In this document: piece after piece, positions 52,299 through 60,456 of the stretch
Layout of the letters: the number at the start of each line of letters is the position of its first letter
How positions within the stretch are numbered: the stretch's first letter is position 1
From: Candidatus Aenigmatarchaeota archaeon
Lineage (GTDB): Archaea > Aenigmatarchaeota > Aenigmatarchaeia > JACPZZ01
DNA length: 64,000 bases
Reading direction: 5' to 3'
NCBI GenBank assembly: GCA_016195275.1
Contig: JACPZZ010000019.1
Span: forward strand, 6,382-70,381
Notes under the pieces: generated by a model
Told to the model about the DNA's origin: nothing
The model's database searches: none
The model's input: the letters and a program-made list of their open reading frames with translations, nothing else
Made by a program: the position numbers and the translations under genes

Positions 52299-52637
52299 AT
52301 GCCAGCAGAAAAAAAACGGCCCAAGCACGATTTAAAATTAGTTTTGCTGGCTTTTATCGCTGTCGCGGCGGTCTGGGCTGTGCTGACTTTTTCAGGCGGC
52401 AAGAATGAAAACGTATATCTCTGCAATTACGATTCGGACTGCATTTCCGCGGGGCAGGGGTGCTGCGACTGCAATATGGGAGGGAAAGCGACTGCCATAA
52501 ACAAAAATTATGAATCTTTATGGAACAGCAAGATCTCATCGGAATGCGGGCAGCGCGCATGCCGAGCTGTGATAAGCAACGACCCGAGCTGTTATGCAAA
52601 ACCGAAGTGCGTTTCGGGATTATGCAAACTTGCCTGA
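52299..52637 (+). CDS. Membrane-anchored Cys-rich small protein
   Basis: 112 aa with a TM anchor and then 12 Cys (CNYDSDCISAGQGCCDCNMGG...). Confidence 0.45.
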   Translation: MPAEKKRPKHDLKLVLLAFIAVAAVWAVLTFSGGKNENVYLCNYDSDCISAGQGCCDCNMGGKATAINKNYESLWNSKISSECGQRACRAVISNDPSCYAKPKCVSGLCKLA

Positions 52638-52642
52638 TAAAA

Positions 52643-53071
52643 TTATAACAGCTGCAGTTCCAGTTCCACGAGGCTCCTGATACGCCTTATTATTTCCGCT
52701 GCTTCGTGGTCTTCGTCCACAATCAAGGGAAGGTCTTCCCGGTAATCAAACCTTCGCGCGCCGCCGACTTTGCGGGCGCTGAACACCTGGGTTGGCGTGA
52801 AAAGGTAGCGCGGCTCCCAGCCCAGCATTTGGTCGGTCCTGTCAAACATGTCCAAGTCTTGCGGGGAGAAACCCGCGTCGACCGTATGTGTGTGGAACTG
52901 GACTGGAACAAACCCATTGCCTTTATTCCGTTCCCTGAATTCATCCAATTCTTTGATCCAATCTGCGTAATCCCTTACCATGCTTTTATTTCCGAGGCCT
53001 GTCCGGTATGCTCCGACAAAAAGCATGTCGTCGGCCAACGGATAGCCGGCAGGCTGCCTGCTGCCGATCAA
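52643..53071 (-). CDS. Hypothetical protein (142 aa), GC-rich
   Basis: ORF only. It contains the FHTHTVDAGFSPQD motif (see rejected notes). Confidence 0.4.
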   Translation of the reverse strand: MIGSRQPAGYPLADDMLFVGAYRTGLGNKSMVRDYADWIKELDEFRERNKGNGFVPVQFHTHTVDAGFSPQDLDMFDRTDQMLGWEPRYLFTPTQVFSARKVGGARRFDYREDLPLIVDEDHEAAEIIRRIRSLVELELQLL

Positions 53072-53096
53072 GATACATTTAAATTAATTTTTCTAT

Positions 53097-53351
53097 ATGC
53101 CAAATGTTTATAAACAGCCGGTATTAAAGATAACTATGCCTGTAGAAGTAAACCCAAAAATTTGTCATGGGAAGCCTGTAATCAAGGGCACCCGAATAAT
53201 GGTAGCCAACATACTAAGCCTTTTTGCCGGCGGTTATGACACCAAACGGATTTTGGAATATTATCCAGAATTAAAGGAAGAGGATGTCAAAGAGGCAGTC
53301 CAATATGCGACGACAGTGATACAAGAAGAGGAAATAACGCTATTGCCATGA
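53097..53351 (+). CDS. DUF433-family protein (antitoxin-like)
   Basis: The segment VNPKICHGKPVIKGTRIMVANILSLFAGGYDTKRILEYYPELKEEDVKEAVQYA is the typical DUF433 pattern. Confidence 0.75.
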   Translation: MPNVYKQPVLKITMPVEVNPKICHGKPVIKGTRIMVANILSLFAGGYDTKRILEYYPELKEEDVKEAVQYATTVIQEEEITLLP

Positions 53352-53425
53352 AATTTTTACTTGACCAGAACATCTCGACGAAAACTGCGAAGTTTCTAAA
53401 ATCCAATTTTCAGGATATATCCCTG
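53348..53425 (+). pseudogene. N-terminal remnant of a DUF5615 (PIN-like) partner of DUF433
   Basis: MKFLLDQNISTKTAKFLKSNFQD matches the DUF5615 N-terminus. The rest of the track ORF is antisense to the ATP-cone gene and not protein-like. Confidence 0.4.
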
Positions 53426-53685
53426 TGCGTTTCATACATGAAAGCCGCGGGCTTGTGCACTTTTTTCAATACGGATGCAACTTTCCTGAAAATCTGCAAC
53501 GACGTGACGCGCTTTTCCTTGCGAACCCATTTTTTGATTTCCGCAGATATTTTTGTTGCGACCATTTCGCATTCGCGTTCTTTCATGCCGCATGTCATGC
53601 ACGCCGAATAACACGACGCATACACCTTTCGCTCATCGAATTTTTCCGTACGACCTTTTCTTTTTACCACATCCACAAATACCAC
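53410..53685 (-). CDS. Stand-alone ATP-cone domain protein
   Basis: 91 aa. The segment VVKRKGRTEKFDERKVYASCYSAC...ATKISAEIKKWV fits the ATP-cone pattern. Confidence 0.65.
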   Translation of the reverse strand: MVFVDVVKRKGRTEKFDERKVYASCYSACMTCGMKERECEMVATKISAEIKKWVRKEKRVTSLQIFRKVASVLKKVHKPAAFMYETHRDIS

Positions 53686-54387
53686 CTACGCGAAATTAAT
53701 CGTTCCGTTAGCTATCAGTATAAGCAGCCAGCCTAAAAACACAAGCAGTAAGCCCATTGTTAATCTCATGTAAGCGCGGTTCTTATGCTTCCATTCCTTT
53801 ATGGGATGTATGCTTGTGCCGAAATATACCATCGAAAGTATAGCCAATAACGGCAAGACGAATATTATGTTATACAGGACCAGCAGCAGAAACGCGGTCA
53901 TGTTGAAATTTTGCGCGAGCAGTAATGTGACTGCCAGATAAGGCCCGCCTGTGCACGGCAATTCAACGGCTGCAACAAAGGCGCCCAGCATTACTATGCC
54001 CGGCGTGTTTATGTTCTTCGTGTATTCGTGGATCTGCTTGACGCGTTCCTGCGGAATCACCAACGACAGGCCGCGGCCGTACCAGAAGAAATCCTTTATC
54101 TCGATTATGCCGCCGAAAACTATCAACGTACCGACGACGATTGAAATATATTCTGCGACAAAAACAGGTATGCGCTGCAGAAACGCTATCAAGCCCAAAC
54201 CGGCCAGCAGGTATGTTGAAAAGATCGCGAATATGTAGATAAGGCCAACGTTAAACATTTTCTTTTTCTGCGTGACCGTAAGCGACATCAGGAGTATGAA
54301 CACGCCTATCGCACACGGATTTATGGAGTCTATTATTGCGGCTCCGAGAATGGTTCCTATTGCCGGCAGCGAAGCTTCGACGGCCAT
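53686..54387 (-). CDS. CcdA/DsbD-family thiol-disulfide electron-transfer membrane protein
   Basis: 233 aa with 6 TM segments and the paired Cys motifs DSINPCAIG and ELPCTGGPYL. Confidence 0.7.
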   Translation of the reverse strand: MAVEASLPAIGTILGAAIIDSINPCAIGVFILLMSLTVTQKKKMFNVGLIYIFAIFSTYLLAGLGLIAFLQRIPVFVAEYISIVVGTLIVFGGIIEIKDFFWYGRGLSLVIPQERVKQIHEYTKNINTPGIVMLGAFVAAVELPCTGGPYLAVTLLLAQNFNMTAFLLLVLYNIIFVLPLLAILSMVYFGTSIHPIKEWKHKNRAYMRLTMGLLLVFLGWLLILIANGTINFA

Positions 54388-55142
54388 TAAGGTTCGACTC
54401 CAAAGTTCGGATTTATTTTATCCACAGGTTTTTCCGAAAAAACTATCTTTATCCTGTCGCCCGGCGGAACGTTGGTGTAAGGGCTTATGATGTACTCGTC
54501 CATCTTTGGTTCCAAACGGTCGTTGACGAACATGTAAAGCCAAGCGCTTTTGCCGTTGCATAAATCGTTATTAGACCATTTTTTGACCCCCGTCGTAGTT
54601 GGCATTGTTATTGATTCGGGCGTGAAAGATCCGCCGACAGCGCGGAAGAATCCGCCCAATTCTATGTCCTGCATTTTGACCACAACGCCTTCGATGTGCA
54701 GGCGGTCGTCATTGTGCAGGTGCATCAAAGGCTCGCCCACCTTATTGTCCCAGCCTGTTGAATGGACGAAGTGATAAAGCTGTCCGCAGGCCCACACCTC
54801 GATGTCGGCGTGCCAGTGCACAGGCCCTCCGGTTGCGGAGTTGAAGTTAAGCAAAAGCGTGACACCGACAAGGTATAATGTTGCGGCCGCTATCGGAACT
54901 GCTATGAGGCCGAATATGATTTTTTTGTGCCTTTCGCGCAAACTCTTTTTGAAAGCCAGCGACAGCACAACAAAAAACGCCACGATTGTGGACGAGACTA
55001 AAATCACTTTTAAAGGGTCCGGCACACCCAAGACGCTTTCTATTGTGCTTTGTTTCGCCGCTTCCGCAACGCCGTGGGCAAGCGCCGAGGTTAGTAGCAG
55101 TATTTCTACAAATATCGCAGCCAAAGATGCAATCAACTTCAT
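54387..55142 (-). CDS. Extracytoplasmic His-rich protein, unknown function
   Basis: 251 aa with a signal/TM. Contains GGPVHWHADIEVWACG and LMHLHNDDRLHIEG. It abuts the CcdA gene with a 1-nt overlap. Confidence 0.5.
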   Translation of the reverse strand: MKLIASLAAIFVEILLLTSALAHGVAEAAKQSTIESVLGVPDPLKVILVSSTIVAFFVVLSLAFKKSLRERHKKIIFGLIAVPIAAATLYLVGVTLLLNFNSATGGPVHWHADIEVWACGQLYHFVHSTGWDNKVGEPLMHLHNDDRLHIEGVVVKMQDIELGGFFRAVGGSFTPESITMPTTTGVKKWSNNDLCNGKSAWLYMFVNDRLEPKMDEYIISPYTNVPPGDRIKIVFSEKPVDKINPNFGVEP

Positions 55143-55268
55143 TTAGTACATCCTTCAGCAGAATTCGCAAGCGTTCTTGCTCTTGTAGACTTTTCCCTTG
55201 TGTTTGTGCGGCTTTGCAGCCATAACTTACACCTTATTTATTACTTGTCCGCGATCACTTTTATTATT

Positions 55269-56135
55269 ATGCCAGTTAACGCAGGCTACGAGTATTTCGC
55301 TGCACAGAAGAAGTACGAGGCCGCAAAGACAACAGAGGAGAAGATAATCGCCCTTGAGGAAATGATACAAAAATTGCCAAAACACAAAGGTGCCGAAAAC
55401 GTACTAGCGCAACTTAAGGCAAAGCTTTCCAAATTGAAATCCCAGAAAATGGCGGCAAAAAAAAGGTCTGGCGGGCGCGTCACTACAGTGCCTAAAACGG
55501 GCGCTGGCCAGGTCTGCATCGTCGGTTTTGCGAATTCGGGCAAATCCGAACTTTTGAAAACGCTGACGGGGGTCGGCGAGCCTTCTACTACGCCTTACTC
55601 AACGAAAACGCCGCGCGTCGGCATGATGCTTTACGAAGATGTCCAAATCCAGGTTGTCGAAATTCCATCCAGTATGTCGCCGGAATTCCTGTCCATTGCG
55701 CATAATGCGGAGCTTGTTATTTTCCTGTACGACGCGGCGAAAACAGAAGACGTGGAGCGGTTGACGAAGGTAGCAGAAAGCGAAAATTTGGGGAACATAT
55801 TATGGGCCGCTAACGTAATCTCGGAAAAAAAGGCGGTCGGCTTTGCCATAAACGCGGCATCCGGCGACAATGTCGATGAGTTGAAAAGAATGATATGGCA
55901 CAGGCTGGGGCTTGTGCGTGTCTACACAAAAATCGTCGGAAAGAAAGCGGAATCAAAGCCGATGACGCTGCCCAAAAGGTCAACCGTCCGCGACGTTGCC
56001 ATGGACGTGCATAAAGACTTTCTTAAAAACTTTAAGTTCGCCCGCGTATGGGGTTCTGCGAAATTCCCGGGCGCGCAAGTTGGGTTAGGCCATGTTGTCA
56101 AGGACAAGGACATCATAGAAATCCATGCGGGCTGA
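55269..56135 (+). CDS. DRG/Obg-family GTPase with a C-terminal TGS domain
   Basis: N-terminal KHKGAENVLAQLKAKLSKLK (DRG-type), G1 motif GFANSGKSELL, and a TGS-like end VYTK...VWGSAKFPGAQVGLGHVVKDKDIIEIH. Confidence 0.8.
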   Translation: MPVNAGYEYFAAQKKYEAAKTTEEKIIALEEMIQKLPKHKGAENVLAQLKAKLSKLKSQKMAAKKRSGGRVTTVPKTGAGQVCIVGFANSGKSELLKTLTGVGEPSTTPYSTKTPRVGMMLYEDVQIQVVEIPSSMSPEFLSIAHNAELVIFLYDAAKTEDVERLTKVAESENLGNILWAANVISEKKAVGFAINAASGDNVDELKRMIWHRLGLVRVYTKIVGKKAESKPMTLPKRSTVRDVAMDVHKDFLKNFKFARVWGSAKFPGAQVGLGHVVKDKDIIEIHAG

Positions 56136-56595
56136 TTTATTGAAGCGCAAATCCATTGTTGCAGCGGCATTCCCGCTAATAATGATCCTGTTTTTATCTT
56201 ATTATGAAAAACCGACGGACGAAAAAATTATTTATTTTTCTTCTGGCGTTAGCAACACAACCCTGCTTGTAAAAATCGCTGATACCGAAGAATCGAGAAA
56301 TAAGGGCTTAATGTTTGTTGAAAAGCTGGGCCGGAACGAAGGTATGCTGTTCGTCTTTTCCGATGAGCGACAACGCGCGTTCTGGATGAAGGACACGCTG
56401 GTACACCTGGACATGATTTTTGTTGCTTCAAACGGCACGGTTGTTGGCGTTGTCGAAAACGCGGAGCCGTGCAGACAGGAGCTGTGCAGAACTTATTCCG
56501 TAAACGCGCTGTCGCAGTATGTTGTCGAGGTTAACGCCGGGTTTGCGAGGAAAAATAATATTTCGCCAGGCAGTGTGGCGGTAAGCAACTTATAA
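56125..56595 (+). CDS. DUF192-family protein
   Basis: The segment EESRNKGLMFVEKLGRNEGMLFVF...FWMKDTLVHLDMIFV matches DUF192. Confidence 0.7.
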   Translation: MRADLLKRKSIVAAAFPLIMILFLSYYEKPTDEKIIYFSSGVSNTTLLVKIADTEESRNKGLMFVEKLGRNEGMLFVFSDERQRAFWMKDTLVHLDMIFVASNGTVVGVVENAEPCRQELCRTYSVNALSQYVVEVNAGFARKNNISPGSVAVSNL

Positions 56596-56617
56596 AACAG
56601 GCGGGTAAAAGAACTTT

Positions 56618-57223
56618 ATGGAAAACGTCACTGTAAGAAGCGTAATGACCAGGAGGGTCGCAACCATCGGCATGGACGAGACGATCATGGACGCCTCGCG
56701 GGTCATGGGTATGGAAAAGGTTAACTGTCTTGTTGTAATGGGCGGGCGAAGCGCGGTAGGCATGATAACAGACTCGGACATAACAAGGCACGTTGTCGGC
56801 AGAGGTCTGAACCCGAAGGAAACAAAAGTCAGCGAGATAATGTCGTCGCCGCTTATTTTCGTAAGCCCGGACGACAGAGTTGAAAAAGCCAAAGAGACGC
56901 TTTCCAGCCGCAAGGTAAACAGGTTGGCTGTGGTTGAAAACGGAAATCTTGAAGGGATAATTACAGACGCGGACATTTCCAAAGCAGGCACGATCAAAGA
57001 AAACCAAGCCCCAACTTCTATTGACAGCCATTTCTTTGAAGGTATGACTAAAAAGCCTGACTGGGATCGCGGTTCCGGGTTCTGCGATTTTTGCGGAAAC
57101 CACGAAGACAATCTTGTAACATCCGGCGATGAAAAGCTTTGCAGAAACTGCCTGGAAAAGAAAAGGTCGTCCGGACACAACTGGGTGAGCAGGAAAAAAT
57201 CAGGTCAGTCATTCACCGGCTGA
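56618..57223 (+). CDS. CBS-domain pair protein with a C-terminal zinc ribbon
   Basis: Two CBS repeats (VMTRRVATI..., IMSSPLIFVSPD...) followed by CDFCGN...CRNC. Confidence 0.8.
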   Translation: MENVTVRSVMTRRVATIGMDETIMDASRVMGMEKVNCLVVMGGRSAVGMITDSDITRHVVGRGLNPKETKVSEIMSSPLIFVSPDDRVEKAKETLSSRKVNRLAVVENGNLEGIITDADISKAGTIKENQAPTSIDSHFFEGMTKKPDWDRGSGFCDFCGNHEDNLVTSGDEKLCRNCLEKKRSSGHNWVSRKKSGQSFTG

Positions 57224-57264
57224 TTGATGCCCTGATTTATATAATTTTCCCGGGGATAAATTTT

Positions 57265-58230
57265 ATGCGGTTATCAAGCGAGCGTGATCTTGGTTTTTTC
57301 GTTTTCCGTGGGCTGGATTCACTTTCCGGGCCGTTGCAGCTTTTCAGAGGCGGTGAAATTTACAGGGTAAGAAAAGTTTTAGGATACCGCGGAATAGGGG
57401 CTGATGTAAGAAGCAATTTGCCTGCCGGAATTGATTATGGGGTTGAGGACGGATTTTCCGGGCAGGGTTATGACGGCCTTGAACCGAGGACAAGACGGTT
57501 TTTGGATGGGTGGCACGAAAAATACAGAAGTACAGCAAACCACTCCAACAAAGACGTACAAGAGGATGTCGAGTACGGCGCACTCGCTTCGGGTTTTATG
57601 TATAGCGGCGTTCTTGGTGGTTCGACTGCCGTGCCTTTGGACACGCTTGCGAATGCCAGGGACAACGCCGTGGCCGACGGAATCACGAGATTCGCAGTCG
57701 GAGCCGGAGAATTTGTTTCTTATGCCGTGCCTTTTATCACCAGAAGGGACAAGGCGGCAGCGTCAAGGGCGCTTGAATTTATCAAGGATTCCGGTGCCGG
57801 CCTTTTTATCGGACCTGCGATGCAGGTTGCGGGCCATTTCACAGGCTTGAACGAAAGCGACTGGTACAGGGGCCTCACTGTTTCTATGTACAGCAACGGC
57901 AACAACTGGGCTGCGATTGCCGGAAGGTTTGCTAGGGATGTCATGCACGAAGGTATGGTAAAAGGGGTCAAAACCTGTTTTAATGATATATTTTTTGTGT
58001 CGAACCTTGTCGTGATGATAGGCGACAGTGTGTGGGGCGGGGTTATCAGGCCTGCTATTGGGTTCGAAACAACGTCCAATACGGGCGCGATGGCCGAGTC
58101 TATGGTACTTAGCACCGATTGCACAAGAGCGGCTGCCTTGGCAATGGGGATAAAGCGAATCGTGGACAGGAAACTTAATGCGCTGGTAAGCAGAAAGTTT
58201 CTCGACAAGCTTTATGCGGATACAGAATGA
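57265..58230 (+). CDS. Hypothetical protein (321 aa), GC-rich
   Basis: Start placed at the first ATG after the CBS gene stop. No recognisable motif. Confidence 0.4.
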   Translation: MRLSSERDLGFFVFRGLDSLSGPLQLFRGGEIYRVRKVLGYRGIGADVRSNLPAGIDYGVEDGFSGQGYDGLEPRTRRFLDGWHEKYRSTANHSNKDVQEDVEYGALASGFMYSGVLGGSTAVPLDTLANARDNAVADGITRFAVGAGEFVSYAVPFITRRDKAAASRALEFIKDSGAGLFIGPAMQVAGHFTGLNESDWYRGLTVSMYSNGNNWAAIAGRFARDVMHEGMVKGVKTCFNDIFFVSNLVVMIGDSVWGGVIRPAIGFETTSNTGAMAESMVLSTDCTRAAALAMGIKRIVDRKLNALVSRKFLDKLYADTE

Positions 58231-58239
58231 TTTTTGCGT

Positions 58240-58509
58240 CTAACTTAACGAAGGCACGAGCGTTTTGCCCTGTCTATACTTGGCTATTGTTAATTCCGCT
58301 TCTTTCCTTTCTCCGATAGAACAAAGCTCTTGGTAAAGGCCGAACACGGCGCGACCTAACAACCTTCTTCCCAATTTGCTTTTGAAACCAATTACTTCGG
58401 GCGGGTCTATGCCTGATATGTGCTGTTCATACTCAAGCATCTTTCCCAGAGAATCTAGGTATGTTATTTTCATGCCTATGCGGATTTTTTCGTCGACAGA
58501 TTCCACCAT
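58240..58509 (-). CDS. Hypothetical small protein (89 aa)
   Basis: ORF only. Confidence 0.3.
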   Translation of the reverse strand: MVESVDEKIRIGMKITYLDSLGKMLEYEQHISGIDPPEVIGFKSKLGRRLLGRAVFGLYQELCSIGERKEAELTIAKYRQGKTLVPSLS

Positions 58510-58644
58510 ATTTGTTATTTGTTTAATTCGTATTTATTTAGCGTGGTCAACGCCCTCCGAAGTTACTTATCGGGCAAAAACGACTTTTAAGGCAAAACCC
58601 CGCGCACCGGCGTCTTTATATACAAGGTATGATATAGTAGTATA

Positions 58645-58975
58645 CAGTGGTATGATGTCATATTGTACTGTGTTAATTCAATTGCCTGTTGCTGACCGAA
58701 GCGGACATGCTTCAGTTAGCCCAACGACGGGGGCGGGATGTATTGCGTTGCGCGTAAACTCGCCCTCGTTTTTGCGCTCACTGCCAGCCATAGTGAGAAA
58801 GCTGGTTCCCCGACAAGTAGAATCTATTTCTACGCCAGCCAATGTCCGGGTACCGGCCAGAAATACAGTGTACCAAGAGGGTGGGCAACGTGTGAAATGA
58901 ATCGGGTCATCACCAGCAGGGCTGTCGGCAAGCGAATTGCCGGCAGTCCGACAAACCGAAACAAAAATCAACTTT
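58645..58975 (+). ncRNA. Structured ~330-nt RNA candidate, class unknown
   Basis: A TATA-like CTTTATATAC sits at 58614-23. Several long helices contain G.U pairs valid only on the plus strand (58727-37/58759-69, and the 58919-49 hairpin). A T-rich run lies at 58971-83. Only implausible low-complexity ORFs overlap the region. Confidence 0.4.
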
Positions 58976-59834
58976 TCCTTTCTGAAGATAACCTGTAAGA
59001 TGCATACAATATTATTGCCGCACCGGCCAATTGGATAAGGTTCAGAGATTCTCCGAGCCAGAAAAACGATAACATCCCCCCGGCTATCGGAGTTATTGAC
59101 AATAAAGCAGCGACTTTCCAGGCTTCCGTGTTTTTGAGAGCCGCAAACCACAAAGACAGGCCAACTACGTAAAACGTGATAATGCTGCCCATTGTGAGAA
59201 CTAACGCGTTAACGGGCATTATCAAGTTATCAAGCACAATTGCTGACAACAAAAGCAGGACGATTCCGCCAAAGAGGTTGCTGTAGGCTGTAAGAACCAA
59301 CGGGTCTGTTTTCTTCATAATTCTTCTGGAAGGTATGTAGGAATATCCTAGGAATAACAACGACGAAAACACCAGAAGATCGCCGATCTGCGCAGGCCCG
59401 AATGACAGGTTACCCGATGTGGATATTAAAACTGCGCCGATTATAGTGGCGATTACGAATAAAATTTCTTTTTGTTTCAAAGTTTCGCGCAAGAGCGCAT
59501 ACCCGAACAATATTACAAAGGCCGGCTCCAGGCGCAGGATAACCAGCGAATTTATCGAGGTCGTCATGCTCATGCCGTAAAGCAATAGAAAAGTTCCGAA
59601 AACGTTGCGCGACATTGTTATTTTCCAAAAGTCTGCGTTGTTTTTGAGTTCTTTGACTGCGGATAACTTTTTGTTTAGCACTTTGGATATGGCGAGAAGT
59701 ATGACCGAAGAAATCAGCAGGGCGTAAGTTGCTACTAAAACCGGCTGCGCCAGTTTTGACGCCTGCGATTGGAAGACTATTGAGATTCCTATGAGTATTG
59801 CCGAAAATATCGCAAGTTTTGACCCGCGGTTCAT
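58968..59834 (-). CDS. EamA/DMT-family transporter
   Basis: 288 aa with 10 TM segments and duplicated EamA halves. Confidence 0.75.
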   Translation of the reverse strand: MNRGSKLAIFSAILIGISIVFQSQASKLAQPVLVATYALLISSVILLAISKVLNKKLSAVKELKNNADFWKITMSRNVFGTFLLLYGMSMTTSINSLVILRLEPAFVILFGYALLRETLKQKEILFVIATIIGAVLISTSGNLSFGPAQIGDLLVFSSLLFLGYSYIPSRRIMKKTDPLVLTAYSNLFGGIVLLLLSAIVLDNLIMPVNALVLTMGSIITFYVVGLSLWFAALKNTEAWKVAALLSITPIAGGMLSFFWLGESLNLIQLAGAAIILYASYRLSSERKS

Positions 59835-60433
59835 GCTCCGACACCGGATTTTTTAAGTTGCCTTGCTACCTGCGTTGCGGAAACAAATCTTATCGTCCTT
59901 ATTCCCATTGACCGCGATCTCATTACGTATTTGGGATTGTCGTCGATGAAAATTATTTCATCCGGTTTTGCGCCGGCCTTTTTTAGCAGAATGCGGAATA
60001 TTTTTTTCTTGGGCTTTCTGGTTTTTGCTGTGTGCGAGTAAAGCCCGAAGTCGAAAAGTTTTGATATTTTGTACCTATTTTCCAGATAAGACACGATTTC
60101 CTTTACACTGTTTGAAAGGAAACCTACCTTATAGCCTTTTTTGCGGAGTTTTATTATGAGTTTCCTGGTGTCTTTTTTTATTTCGTAATATCCGTTAAGC
60201 CTCTTTTCCAGTATTCTGGGGTCTGTGGTCACTCCAAACTTTCTGCTGAATTTTTTCCAGAAGGCAAGCTCTGTGTGGCCGCCTTCGAACATGTGATTGA
60301 ATTCCTTTATCACGAATTTTCTGACTTCCTTGTAATCCAGGAAAAATTCTTCCGTAAGGTGTTTTATCATGGGATAGACGCCATCGACTACGAGAACGCC
60401 GCCGAGGTCGAAAACTATGATTTTTCTTTTCAT
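59831..60433 (-). CDS. HAD-superfamily hydrolase
   Basis: Motif I is IVFDLGGVL, motif II is FLSNS, and motif IV is IFIDDN. Confidence 0.85.
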   Translation of the reverse strand: MKRKIIVFDLGGVLVVDGVYPMIKHLTEEFFLDYKEVRKFVIKEFNHMFEGGHTELAFWKKFSRKFGVTTDPRILEKRLNGYYEIKKDTRKLIIKLRKKGYKVGFLSNSVKEIVSYLENRYKISKLFDFGLYSHTAKTRKPKKKIFRILLKKAGAKPDEIIFIDDNPKYVMRSRSMGIRTIRFVSATQVARQLKKSGVGA

Positions 60434-60456
60434 TTTTTATTTTCCTTTCTGTAAGT

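Noticed and set aside
52643-53071. JAMM/MPN metalloprotease motif in the 142-aa protein (FHTHTVDAGFSPQD)
   Set aside because: The spacing between HxH and S..D is 6 rather than the canonical 7. I could not place the upstream catalytic Glu. The evidence is too weak without an HMM.
58652-58694. C/D-box sRNA (AUGAUGU ... CUGA) at the start of the 58.6-kb RNA candidate
   Set aside because: The C box is imperfect, no internal D'/C' pair is present, and the spacing (33 nt) does not fit archaeal C/D sRNA architecture.
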